Shown in pieces: positions 10,486-19,211 of a stretch of 64,000 bases of DNA. Made by a program: the position numbers and the translations under genes. Each line of letters opens with the position of its first letter. The first letter of the stretch is position 1. Below the pieces are notes generated by a model. It saw only the letters and a list, made by a program, of their open reading frames with translations. It was not told the origin of the DNA and ran no database searches. The DNA is from Leptonemataceae bacterium (GTDB lineage Bacteria; Spirochaetota; Leptospiria; Leptospirales; Leptonemataceae): contig OZ245742.1 of assembly GCA_965227295.1 (NCBI GenBank), positions 1,056,001-1,120,000 on the forward strand, read 5' to 3'.

Positions 10486-10610
10486 TTTTTTTGGACGCCC
10501 CGCCGCGTTGCGGCGGCCGGGCTTTCCAGGGCTCCGGCTTCGCCTTCGGTCCTCCGCGCTACGCGCTCCGGACTCGCGCCTTGCGCGATCCTTTCAATCC
10601 CTGGCGTGAA
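10486..10610 (-). repeat. REP/MITE-like palindromic element, copy B (inverted relative to A)
   Basis: Reverse complement reads cgccagggattg...gaccgaaggcgaagccggagccctggaaagcccggccgccgcaacgcggcggggcgtccaaa. Confidence 0.7.
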
Positions 10611-10663
10611 GAGCCTCACCTCTAACTTTTCCCAATCTGCACTTAAACATGGGCCATCAAGGA

Positions 10664-12520
10664 TTACTGCAAATCTTCCAGATACAAAATCACCTTCTTC
10701 ACCTTACCAACGTCCGTCCCCGGCTCCGGGGCCTGGCCGTACACGTAACCGGATCCTTTCAGCTCCACCTGCACATCACTGTAAAACTCGTGGATGATCG
10801 AAAGCGCGTCGCGGGCCGCGAGGCCGCGAAAATCGTACAGGCGACCGCTTTCCACGCGCGGCGGATGCACGGTTAGATCGTCCGGCACTTCCAGTTTGCC
10901 GGGCTCCACCGACTCGCGGGTGTTTTCCAGATACGGCATCACTTCCTCGACGACGCGGCCGAAAACCGGCGCCGCCACCGAGCCGCCGCCGAGTCCGCCC
11001 TCGGGTTCGTCGAAGAGAATCAGACCGCCGTACTTCGGATCATCGGCCGGAAAGAAACCCATGAACGAAGCGACGTACTGGTCAAGGTAACCGCGCGCGC
11101 TGGCCTTCTCACCCGTGCCGGTCTTGCCGGCCACCGGCACACCGCGCACCTTCGCCGCAAGACCGGTTCCGTGATCGACGACACCGCGCATCATGCCGAG
11201 CACGCGCAGGTTTACCTCCGGCGGAAAGGGATTCTCACGGTATGCCGGACTCGTAGAATTCAATACATGATCCTCGGCGTCGAGGACCTGGTGAGCAAGA
11301 TAAGGTTGCACGATGCGACCGCCGTTGACGAGGGACGCGCCCGCCCGTAACAATTGCACCGGCGTAACGCTGAAGCCCTGGCCGATGGGCATGTAGTACG
11401 ACGTCGACGGGACCCACTGCTTCAGTGACGGAAAGTATCCACCGGTCTCTCCTGATCCCGGCGGCAGCACCGCGGTCTTTTCACCGAAACCGAGGCCCTG
11501 CATGTACTCATAGAAGCGATCCTTACGCACCCGTTGCATGGCCTTAATGATGCCGACGTTGCAAGAACGGGCGATGATCTCTTCGAGGGTAAGATCGCCG
11601 TGGGCGTGCATACGCCCGTTTTGGCGACAACGCACGGTGGAGTTGTGGAAGTGTATTTCGCCGTTGCAGTAAAAACGTTCCTTTGGTTTCACCGCTTCTT
11701 CGGTTAAGAGCATGGCGGCCATAAAGACTTTCACGGTGGAACCCGGTTCGTAGTTGAGGCGAATGTTCCAGTTGCCGCGCTGAAACGGCGTGCTGTTGTA
11801 GTACTTGTTCGGATCGAAGTTCGGCAGGCTCGCCATCGCGAGGATCTCGCCGGTCTGCACGTTCATGAACAAACCCGCGGCGCGTTTACTTTTCGAAGAT
11901 TCAAAGGCCTCCCCGAGCGCGCGCTCCAATCGGTGTTGCACCAACGCGTCGATGCTCAGACGCAGCGTCGGCCCTTCACGCGGAGAACGCGGCAGCGGGC
12001 GGGTCAGCAAATCGTTAAACGCTCGTTCGGCGCCGGCCAGGGCGTTGCTCTGGTCCCGCCCCACGAACCCCAGCAGGTTGCTGGCCAACGTGTTGCCGGG
12101 ATACACCCGACGATACTCCCGCTCACGATGCACACCCGGCAGATGCAAATCCACGATTTGATCCGCCGTAAGGTTTTCCACCTGGCGCTTTAAGAGAAAG
12201 TAGCGACGGTTCTTGTGTACATAGAATCTTTCGAGGACGTCTTCGAGCGGCATGCCGAGGCGCTCGGCGAGCACCTCGGCGGTAAAGTCCGCGTCCACGA
12301 GTTCGTTCGGCGCGATTGCGATGGTGCTCGCTTCTTCGGTAACGGCGAGGGCAAATCCGCGACGATCCTGGATATCACCGCGAACGACGCGCGCCGGACC
12401 GGCGGCCCGCCCGCTCGAACCATGGGCGAACGTCAGGTACATCACACGGCCGAGGATCACCGTAAACGCGAGGGTGAAGACCACGGCCAGGACGATTAAG
12501 CGCTGCTTCGCCTTCGGCAT
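10664..12520 (-). CDS. ftsI: Class B penicillin-binding protein (FtsI/PBP3-like) with C-terminal PASTA-like region
   Basis: N-terminal TM, RGDIQDRRG, RVYP, SxxK (EPGSTVK), SxN (SCN), KTG, PASTA-like end (GSGYVYGQAPEPG). Confidence 0.88.
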   Translation of the reverse strand: MPKAKQRLIVLAVVFTLAFTVILGRVMYLTFAHGSSGRAAGPARVVRGDIQDRRGFALAVTEEASTIAIAPNELVDADFTAEVLAERLGMPLEDVLERFYVHKNRRYFLLKRQVENLTADQIVDLHLPGVHREREYRRVYPGNTLASNLLGFVGRDQSNALAGAERAFNDLLTRPLPRSPREGPTLRLSIDALVQHRLERALGEAFESSKSKRAAGLFMNVQTGEILAMASLPNFDPNKYYNSTPFQRGNWNIRLNYEPGSTVKVFMAAMLLTEEAVKPKERFYCNGEIHFHNSTVRCRQNGRMHAHGDLTLEEIIARSCNVGIIKAMQRVRKDRFYEYMQGLGFGEKTAVLPPGSGETGGYFPSLKQWVPSTSYYMPIGQGFSVTPVQLLRAGASLVNGGRIVQPYLAHQVLDAEDHVLNSTSPAYRENPFPPEVNLRVLGMMRGVVDHGTGLAAKVRGVPVAGKTGTGEKASARGYLDQYVASFMGFFPADDPKYGGLILFDEPEGGLGGGSVAAPVFGRVVEEVMPYLENTRESVEPGKLEVPDDLTVHPPRVESGRLYDFRGLAARDALSIIHEFYSDVQVELKGSGYVYGQAPEPGTDVGKVKKVILYLEDLQ

Positions 12521-12573
12521 AGGCTGTACTTCGATCGAAGCGGACCAGAGTACAAGAAGAAAACGACCAGGCC

Positions 12574-13482
12574 TTACAGCACCGTGCCGAGCACGTAGAA
12601 CGTGGGAATGAAACCGATGCTGCGGGAGTCGCGGCTGTGAGAGCGATTGTCACCCATGACCAGGAGCGTATGCGGCGGTACGGTGCCGCGGCGACCGGCC
12701 CCCTCGAGGGCGGAGACCCGCACATCCACCGGGAGCAGGTTCAGTTCCAGCGGCAACGGATACACGGCGGGCTGGGCGAAGATCGGGCGGGGATCGGTGC
12801 GCGTGCCCGGCGGAAGATACGGCTCGTCCATGAGTCGCTCGTTGATGTAAACATCACCACCAACCAGCTCAAAACGATCTCCGGGCAGGCCGATGACCCG
12901 CTTGATGAAATAGTCCTCCCGTCGCCGGGACATGCCCGGATAGCGAAAGACCACGATCTGCCCCTGACGAAACAGGCCGAAACCGTGGACCGGCAGCTTG
13001 CCGGTAATGCTTACCGGTCCGAAGGGAAACGATAGCTGTGGTAGATTGATGCCGGTACTGAGCTTCTCGATCCAGATGACCTGACCGCTTTCGTAGGTGG
13101 GAGCCATGCTGCTGCCGGAGACCTCCACCCGCTCCACCAGGCAGATTTTCACGTGCAGGGCGGCGAGGACCAGGGTCAGCCCCACCACGAGGACCTTGAA
13201 CGGACCGGCCGGTCCCAGTCCCTCGGGGAGGTTCAGATTTTGAGCCAGGGTCTCCAGGATCGGCGTGCCGGCGAAAAATAGCAGTGCCCCCAGAATTCCC
13301 GCGGCGAAAAACGCCCAGGCCAGGTAGCCGTTACCACTGCCCGGAAGCCCCGGGCGGGCCGCATTGGCGAAAAACCAGCCGGCATAGAGGGACAAAAGTG
13401 CGCTCAGGACGCGAAAGCGAAATGAAAATGATTTTACAGAGGGCACCGCTTTCCCGAATTTGGCCGGTAAGTCTCCCTCCAT
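12574..13482 (-). CDS. lepB: Signal peptidase I with extended N-terminal membrane region
   Basis: SGSSMAPT (Ser), YFIKRVIGLPGD (Lys), GDNRSHSRDSR; SD AAGGAG before ATG 13482. Confidence 0.9.
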   Translation of the reverse strand: MEGDLPAKFGKAVPSVKSFSFRFRVLSALLSLYAGWFFANAARPGLPGSGNGYLAWAFFAAGILGALLFFAGTPILETLAQNLNLPEGLGPAGPFKVLVVGLTLVLAALHVKICLVERVEVSGSSMAPTYESGQVIWIEKLSTGINLPQLSFPFGPVSITGKLPVHGFGLFRQGQIVVFRYPGMSRRREDYFIKRVIGLPGDRFELVGGDVYINERLMDEPYLPPGTRTDPRPIFAQPAVYPLPLELNLLPVDVRVSALEGAGRRGTVPPHTLLVMGDNRSHSRDSRSIGFIPTFYVLGTVL

Positions 13483-13504
13483 TGCTCCTTTCCCCTCAAT
13501 ATAC

Positions 13505-15508
13505 ATGGCCGAAGAAAACGTCTTACAGCTCGAATTGGAAAAGCTGGATGTCGCCGGGCTGAAGCGAATCGCTCAACTCTGGAACATTCCCAAGACCGGT
13601 AAAGATAAAAAGACGATCATCAAGAACGTCGTCACCGGTATGCAGGACGAGTTTCATCTCAAAGGTGTCCTCGAAAAGCTTTCCGCCACTCAGGTGACGA
13701 TCTATACGTCGATCCTGAAAAGCAAGTCCAGCATTCTAACCCTGGGGGAAATTTCACGCAAAATTTCCATGCCCCCGGTAAACACGGAGATGGAGCTGGG
13801 TGTACTCAAGCGCTACTTCCTGGTGTACCAGCGGAAGAACCGCGAACGCCTCACGAACAACCTCGATAAGTACTACTATTATCCGGAGAGCGGGCAGAAC
13901 GTCCGCCTGGATTCCAACGACAAGGGACAGAAGTTCCGGCTGAACCTCGGCAAGGTTCTCCAGGCCCAGGAAAAAATGCCGCCGGAATGGAAGAAGGTCC
14001 TCGGCGGGCGTACGTCCTCCAACGGTTCCTTCACCGCCGAAGCCGCCGCCGCGGCGATGGAAAGTGAGACCCTCGATCAGATCCTTGAGGCCCTGGGTGA
14101 GAACGAAAGAGACCTGCTGTTGGAATGTTTCCAGCAGGGCGGCATTCTGGAGATCAACCGCGCCCGGGAATATCTCCAGGGTCGTAAGGCGAAGTGGGAT
14201 CAGATCATCCGGCAGTTGAACGAACTCGGCCTGCTCCTGGACGAGTACTACATCGACGAAAAGTTCGTGCGGGTCCTGGTGTTGCCCGCCGAGGTTTTCA
14301 CGCACCTTCAGGATTTTCCCATCCTGCCGCCGCAGAAGAAGGGCACCCGGCGTCGCCAGGAAAAGGTCGCCTCCAACGATCTCGACTTCTATCTCAATCT
14401 CAAGAAGATGGTGGTCTACATCAGTCGCAAGGGCCTGAACCTGGCGAAGTCCGGTAAGATCAAACAAATCGATCTTAAGGAAACGGAGAACCGCCTGCTG
14501 CGGCCGGACATCGGCCTGTTCATCGAAAAGTCTCAGATCTACCAAATCGAACTGCTGCTGCCGGTGATGCGTCTGCTGGATATTGTCCGTGTCAAACGGG
14601 ACGATGTCGTTCTGCGCAACAACTACGACAAAGTACTCGAAACCGAGATCTTCACGCTCATGGATCAGGTCATCAAAGAGATGGCCGGCGCGCGCAATCG
14701 TCGCGTCCGCTACGAGGACGTCTTCGAACCCATGTACGTGCCCTTCTTTGAGAAGTCCATGTTCGATGAGTGCGTGAACCTCATTCAAAAGCGCGGCCGC
14801 GCCATGTACTTCGTCGTCATGGCGACGATCATCCGCGAGAAGCTACTGCTGGCGAAGGGCTTTCGCATTAAGAACTTCCAGCAGGCTTTACAGGACCTGC
14901 GCAAAGAAATCACAAGTGCACTGTTCTACCTGCAACTGCTGGGCCTCATTAGCGTCGAGTATCCGGATCGCTGGGTAACGTTGAGCGAACTGGGCCTGCA
15001 CTATCTCAAAGGCAAAACCCTGGAACGCAATGACGAGGCCGGCGGCGTCATCATCAACCCGGACCTCTCGCTGATCGCCATCCCGGAAAACGTTTCGATC
15101 AAGGGCATCCAGGTGCTGAAGTCCTTCGCCGAAGTGAAGACCTTCGATAACGTCTACACGTTCCAGATTACCCGGGAATCCTTTCAAGAAGGTCTGCTGC
15201 TGAAAAGCGATCCCGAGGAGTTCATCGACCTGTTGCGTCGTACGAATCGCGCGGAGCTGTCCCAGAACCTGCTCTTTTCCATTGAAGATTGGTCGCGCAA
15301 TCTGCCGCTGATCACGATCACCGACGAGTGCGTCGTAGTGCAAACCCAGGACCCCAATCACATGGAACTCCTGCTCGGCCAGATCTCCGGCAAGAAAATC
15401 GTGTCGCAAAAGATCAGCCCCACGACGATCCTCATTGACGCGGACAAGATTTACGAAACGATCAACTACGCCGAAAAATTAAACTTGATCGTGAAGTTGA
15501 TCCGCTGA
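13505..15508 (+). CDS. Helicase-associated domain protein (XPB-binding Helicase_C_3/p52-like C-terminus), no helicase motor
   Basis: C-terminal VIINPDLSLIA...FAEVKTFDNVYTFQITRESFQEG...LSQNLLFSIEDW pattern; winged-helix-like segments; no Walker A or DExH. Confidence 0.75.
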   Translation: MAEENVLQLELEKLDVAGLKRIAQLWNIPKTGKDKKTIIKNVVTGMQDEFHLKGVLEKLSATQVTIYTSILKSKSSILTLGEISRKISMPPVNTEMELGVLKRYFLVYQRKNRERLTNNLDKYYYYPESGQNVRLDSNDKGQKFRLNLGKVLQAQEKMPPEWKKVLGGRTSSNGSFTAEAAAAAMESETLDQILEALGENERDLLLECFQQGGILEINRAREYLQGRKAKWDQIIRQLNELGLLLDEYYIDEKFVRVLVLPAEVFTHLQDFPILPPQKKGTRRRQEKVASNDLDFYLNLKKMVVYISRKGLNLAKSGKIKQIDLKETENRLLRPDIGLFIEKSQIYQIELLLPVMRLLDIVRVKRDDVVLRNNYDKVLETEIFTLMDQVIKEMAGARNRRVRYEDVFEPMYVPFFEKSMFDECVNLIQKRGRAMYFVVMATIIREKLLLAKGFRIKNFQQALQDLRKEITSALFYLQLLGLISVEYPDRWVTLSELGLHYLKGKTLERNDEAGGVIINPDLSLIAIPENVSIKGIQVLKSFAEVKTFDNVYTFQITRESFQEGLLLKSDPEEFIDLLRRTNRAELSQNLLFSIEDWSRNLPLITITDECVVVQTQDPNHMELLLGQISGKKIVSQKISPTTILIDADKIYETINYAEKLNLIVKLIR

Positions 15509-15522
15509 GACTCTCACGCGTT

Positions 15523-15954
15523 ATGCGCACTGTTCCGGCGATTCTCTCTCTGTTCTTGCTCACGCTCTGCGTGCACTGCGCCGGTGAGCGTCGTCTGGAA
15601 TTCGACGGCTTCGAACTCAGCAGCAATCCCGGATCCACGCCGCGCTCCATTCCGGAAGAGTTTCTGTATCCTAACGCGAAGCAGATCTACAGCGGCGAAT
15701 ACACCCGCAATCCGTACCGCAGCACGCGCGAGGGCGCCCTGGTCCTCGAAAGCGTGGACAGTCTCGATTTGATCCAGTCCTTTTATCTGCTGCGCCTCCA
15801 GGAAGGCGGCTGGCAGATCATCCAGAGCCGTGACGAAGACGGCGAGGTCCTGCTCATGGCCGAGAATCTTTCCCGCCGATTGTTCACGGTCGTGCTTCGC
15901 GACGAAGATCCCGTACGCATCAAGCTCTATATCAAAACTGCCGGACTGCGCTGA
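15523..15954 (+). CDS. Hypothetical lipoprotein
   Basis: Signal peptide ending LTLCVHC; stop overlaps the xseA start (TGATG). Confidence 0.65.
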   Translation: MRTVPAILSLFLLTLCVHCAGERRLEFDGFELSSNPGSTPRSIPEEFLYPNAKQIYSGEYTRNPYRSTREGALVLESVDSLDLIQSFYLLRLQEGGWQIIQSRDEDGEVLLMAENLSRRLFTVVLRDEDPVRIKLYIKTAGLR

Positions 15955-17282
15955 TGGCCGTTGCTCGCGCTGCATCGGAAGGCGAACCGGGCCGTCCGGA
16001 GGGTCTCGATGTCTGGACTCCCAGCCGGCTCAATCTTACTGTTCGGGATCGTCTACAGGGTGATCCCGGCCTGCAGGGCATCTGGATCGAAGGCGAGGTC
16101 TTCAATCTTAATTATCACACCAGCGGGCACGTTTACTTTTCGTTGAAAGATGCGCAGTCCGCCGTGCGCTGTACGTTCTTCCGCAACGCGAATCAGCGTC
16201 ACAAACACATTCGTCTACAAAACGGCATGCGCATCCTGGCGGCGGGCGGGCTTTCGGTCTACACGCCCCGCGGCGAGTATCAGTTCAACGTGCAGCGGGT
16301 GATGCTGGCCGGCGAAGGCGAGCTGCGGCTCAAGATCGAAGAACTGAAGAAACGCCTGCACGCCGAGGGCCTGTTCGATCCCGCACGCAAACAGGCGCTG
16401 CCGTTCCTCCCGACCACCGTCGGCGTGGCCACGGCCCCCACCGGCGCCGCCGTAAGAGACATTCATCGTACATTAAGGCGGCGCTTCCCGAATGTAAACA
16501 TTCTGCTGGCCCCCTGCGTGGTGCAGGGCGACGACGCCTCCGTTTCCATTGTAGAAGCCATCGAGGCCCTGAACGATCCGCGCTTCGGCGTGGACGTAAT
16601 CATTGCCGGGCGGGGCGGCGGATCTTTTGAGGATCTCCTGCCCTTCAACGACGAGGCCGTCGTCCGTGCTTACGCAAACTCGCGTGTGCCGATCGTCAGC
16701 GCTGTCGGTCACGAGATCGATCATCCCCTCAGCGATCTCGCCGCCGACGTCTACGCCCCGACGCCCACCGGCGCCGCGGAGATGGTGGTCCCGGTCTACG
16801 AGGATCTGGTCGAAACCGTCGATGACTGCGGCCTGCGCCTGCGCGTGGCCCTGCACAATCGTCATCGCAGTGAGCGAGATCGCTTAAATCGCATCTTTAC
16901 ATCGCGCGTGTACGAAAATCCGCAGAGCATGTTTCAGGAGCGCGCGCAGAGCCTCGACATTCTTTCGCGCGAGCTGCGCCAGGCATTGCAGGCCCGCGTC
17001 GCCCGGGCCCGCAGCGAATTGCAGAACAGCGCGGGCATGTCCATGTTGTTCGAACGCAATCTCTCGCGATTCGCGCGGCGCTTTTCCATTGCCGACGAAC
17101 GCCTGCAGAACTTCAGCCCGCTGGGAACGTTGCAGCGCGGTTTTGCCGTGGTGCGTAACGCGAAGAAAGACGTGATCCGGCGCGCGAAAGATGTCCGCGT
17201 CGGCGAAGAGTTACAGGTTTTGTTGGGGGAAGGTGAGTTGTGGGTGAAAGTTGAGCAAAACTCGGGCGAGACTCAAAAATAA
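15954..17282 (+). CDS. xseA: Exodeoxyribonuclease VII large subunit
   Basis: SGHVYFSLKD OB fold, EGLFD, GRGGGSFEDL, SAVGHEID, APTPTGAAE, SPLGTLQRGF. Confidence 0.96.
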   Translation: MAVARAASEGEPGRPEGLDVWTPSRLNLTVRDRLQGDPGLQGIWIEGEVFNLNYHTSGHVYFSLKDAQSAVRCTFFRNANQRHKHIRLQNGMRILAAGGLSVYTPRGEYQFNVQRVMLAGEGELRLKIEELKKRLHAEGLFDPARKQALPFLPTTVGVATAPTGAAVRDIHRTLRRRFPNVNILLAPCVVQGDDASVSIVEAIEALNDPRFGVDVIIAGRGGGSFEDLLPFNDEAVVRAYANSRVPIVSAVGHEIDHPLSDLAADVYAPTPTGAAEMVVPVYEDLVETVDDCGLRLRVALHNRHRSERDRLNRIFTSRVYENPQSMFQERAQSLDILSRELRQALQARVARARSELQNSAGMSMLFERNLSRFARRFSIADERLQNFSPLGTLQRGFAVVRNAKKDVIRRAKDVRVGEELQVLLGEGELWVKVEQNSGETQK

Positions 17283-17290
17283 ATAAGGGG

Positions 17291-17477
17291 AGTCTTTTTG
17301 CTACGGCTCTACGGAGTTGTGGTATGTCGTTTTGTTAAGATCGCTGTATTCGACCCGGACGTTAGTCAGCGACTCAGCTTCGGGAAAAGTGTCTCCAATT
17401 CGTTCCGGTCCGCCCTACCACATTCCCCGGCACAAATTCCGTTCGTCGGCCGGCACCAGTCGTACCCATAAAAGGCT
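17291..17477. ncRNA. Candidate structured ncRNA (187 nt, 6S-like rod with internal bubble)
   Basis: Nested arms: agtctttt/aaaaggct, tacggct/agtcgta, tgtggta/taccaca (or acggagttgtg/cacaaattccgt), gacccggacg/cgttccggtc; no credible ORF. Confidence 0.5.
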
Positions 17478-17532
17478 TAACATACACTGACCGCCACTTA
17501 TGCAGCGATCCAGGCGTCCACGAACTTCTGCA

Positions 17533-17763
17533 TCAGCCGGCGTGCACGTAGTTACGGTTCTCTCGCCGATCCAGGTCCTGGTCGAGAACGCAAATGAAAT
17601 CCCGCGGGTTATCGAACAAGAGCGAGCGGATGCGCCGGGCGCGATGCTTGCGCGACCGCGAGATATCCAGGAACAGATAGCCGAAGAGGTCCTCGCCGTA
17701 CTCGTAGCGCACGTAGTTGCCGCGCAGGCGACCCGTAGTGTTCTTGAGCAAGATCGTGCTCAT
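17533..17763 (-). CDS. Small WGR-domain-like protein with the WGR motif degenerate
   Basis: NYVRYEYGEDLFG...RRENRNY follows the RxY...DLFG...(K/R)RxxGY pattern of stand-alone WGR proteins; 12 bp after the kinase stop. Confidence 0.55.
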   Translation of the reverse strand: MSTILLKNTTGRLRGNYVRYEYGEDLFGYLFLDISRSRKHRARRIRSLLFDNPRDFICVLDQDLDRRENRNYVHAG

Positions 17764-17775
17764 GGCGCAACCATA

Positions 17776-19125
17776 TCATTCCGGCGCGGGAAGTACAAGC
17801 AAAAAACGCGCGCCCGAGCCGTGCAGTGGTCGCGCGGCCAGTAAACGCCCGCCGATGCGCCGACTCAGGTCCCGGGCCGACGCCAGGCCGATGCCCCAGC
17901 CTCCGCCGGCACGGCCGATGTTTTGCTCGGAAACCTCGAAGGAATTCTCACGTGATACCAGACCTGTACCCGAGTCTTCCACATCCACGATGACATGCCT
18001 GTGCCGCGGGCTTACGCTCACGTAGAGCCGGCCGGGACTGGAACTGAACTTCACTGCGTTGGAAATCAAATTAAACAAGATGCGACTCAGAGCCGTGCGA
18101 TTCGACAGGCAAATCGGCTCGGTTTCACCGCGCAACTCGTAATGCAGTTCAATGCGCCGACGTTCCAACAGCTCCTCGTGAATACCCAGCACCTCGTCGA
18201 TGCATTCACGAACGGAAAAACGATCCGTGTCCTCGGGATTGATGCGCCCGGTTTCCAACTGCAACAGGTCGTGCGTAAAATGCTCCAGCACGTGCAGTTG
18301 TTTCTTAATGCGTTCGAGGAGGCGTTCGATTCCCTGGGCGTGCTCCGTCCGGCTCGGTCGTAGTTCGCCGACCAGTAACTCCATGTTTTCGTAACTTAAG
18401 AAAAGATGAGCGAGGGGCATGCGGATGTCATGGGTAATGCGCACGAGACTGCGTTCCCGGGACTCGTAGCGGCGGCGCATCTCATGGAGCTCCCGGGCCG
18501 TGGCAGTGCTCTCTTCTTCGAACAATTGCAGGCCGCGGCGATCCGGCAGTTCGGCCAGGCGCCGCGCGAAGGCCCGCACGCCGGCCAGCAATCGATCCTG
18601 GTCCGGAGTGAATTCATCTTCCGCACAAACGGCAATGAGATGCAGGCGCGGATCCAGTTCAGCGGCCGCGGCGAGGCATACACTCAGTGCGCCCCGCGTC
18701 CTTGATCGCGAGAGCATAGCACGCCAGTCCCGAAATGTGGACGACTCCGCATCGATGGCCCGCCGAATCACGGCGGCGTCGAGACCACAGGAGTGCATGC
18801 GCTGTAACCAGTTGCGGAGCCGCGGTGCGCGAGATTCAAACCAACGCCGCGAAGATTCTGAGGTATGGAGGAAGCGTAGCCGGCCGTCCTTGCGACGCAG
18901 AACCAGGGCATGGCGTCGACCGGGCAACGATCGACAGAGATAGTCCGCCCGCGCATCCGGCCCCGGCAACGGCTGAGATCGCACACCACGGAGCCGTTCA
19001 TAATAACGCCGACGATCCCGGTGCCGCCGCGATGTCGCCAGCAGGCGACCGAAGATACTGAGAGTGGTCCACGCGAGGCCGATGCCGACCGGCAATAACG
19101 TCACCGCGGATATCCACAGATCCAT
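17776..19125 (-). CDS. Orphan sensor histidine kinase
   Basis: N-terminal TM; H box ITHDIRMPL, N box ILFNLISNAVKFS, G1 DSGTG, G2 GWGIGL; start 19125 or 19188. Confidence 0.88.
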   Translation of the reverse strand: MDLWISAVTLLPVGIGLAWTTLSIFGRLLATSRRHRDRRRYYERLRGVRSQPLPGPDARADYLCRSLPGRRHALVLRRKDGRLRFLHTSESSRRWFESRAPRLRNWLQRMHSCGLDAAVIRRAIDAESSTFRDWRAMLSRSRTRGALSVCLAAAAELDPRLHLIAVCAEDEFTPDQDRLLAGVRAFARRLAELPDRRGLQLFEEESTATARELHEMRRRYESRERSLVRITHDIRMPLAHLFLSYENMELLVGELRPSRTEHAQGIERLLERIKKQLHVLEHFTHDLLQLETGRINPEDTDRFSVRECIDEVLGIHEELLERRRIELHYELRGETEPICLSNRTALSRILFNLISNAVKFSSSPGRLYVSVSPRHRHVIVDVEDSGTGLVSRENSFEVSEQNIGRAGGGWGIGLASARDLSRRIGGRLLAARPLHGSGARFLLVLPAPE

Positions 19126-19211
19126 GTCCGTGTATCGGCTCTGGAAAAGATGTACGTGACCGCCCGCGCACCCGAATTTTTCTGGCATGATAGCCGTTTT
19201 CCGTAAGCATC

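Noticed and set aside
10143..10797. Short ORFs of 81-158 aa between prfB and ftsI
   Set aside because: They run through the palindromic repeat elements and have no protein-like features
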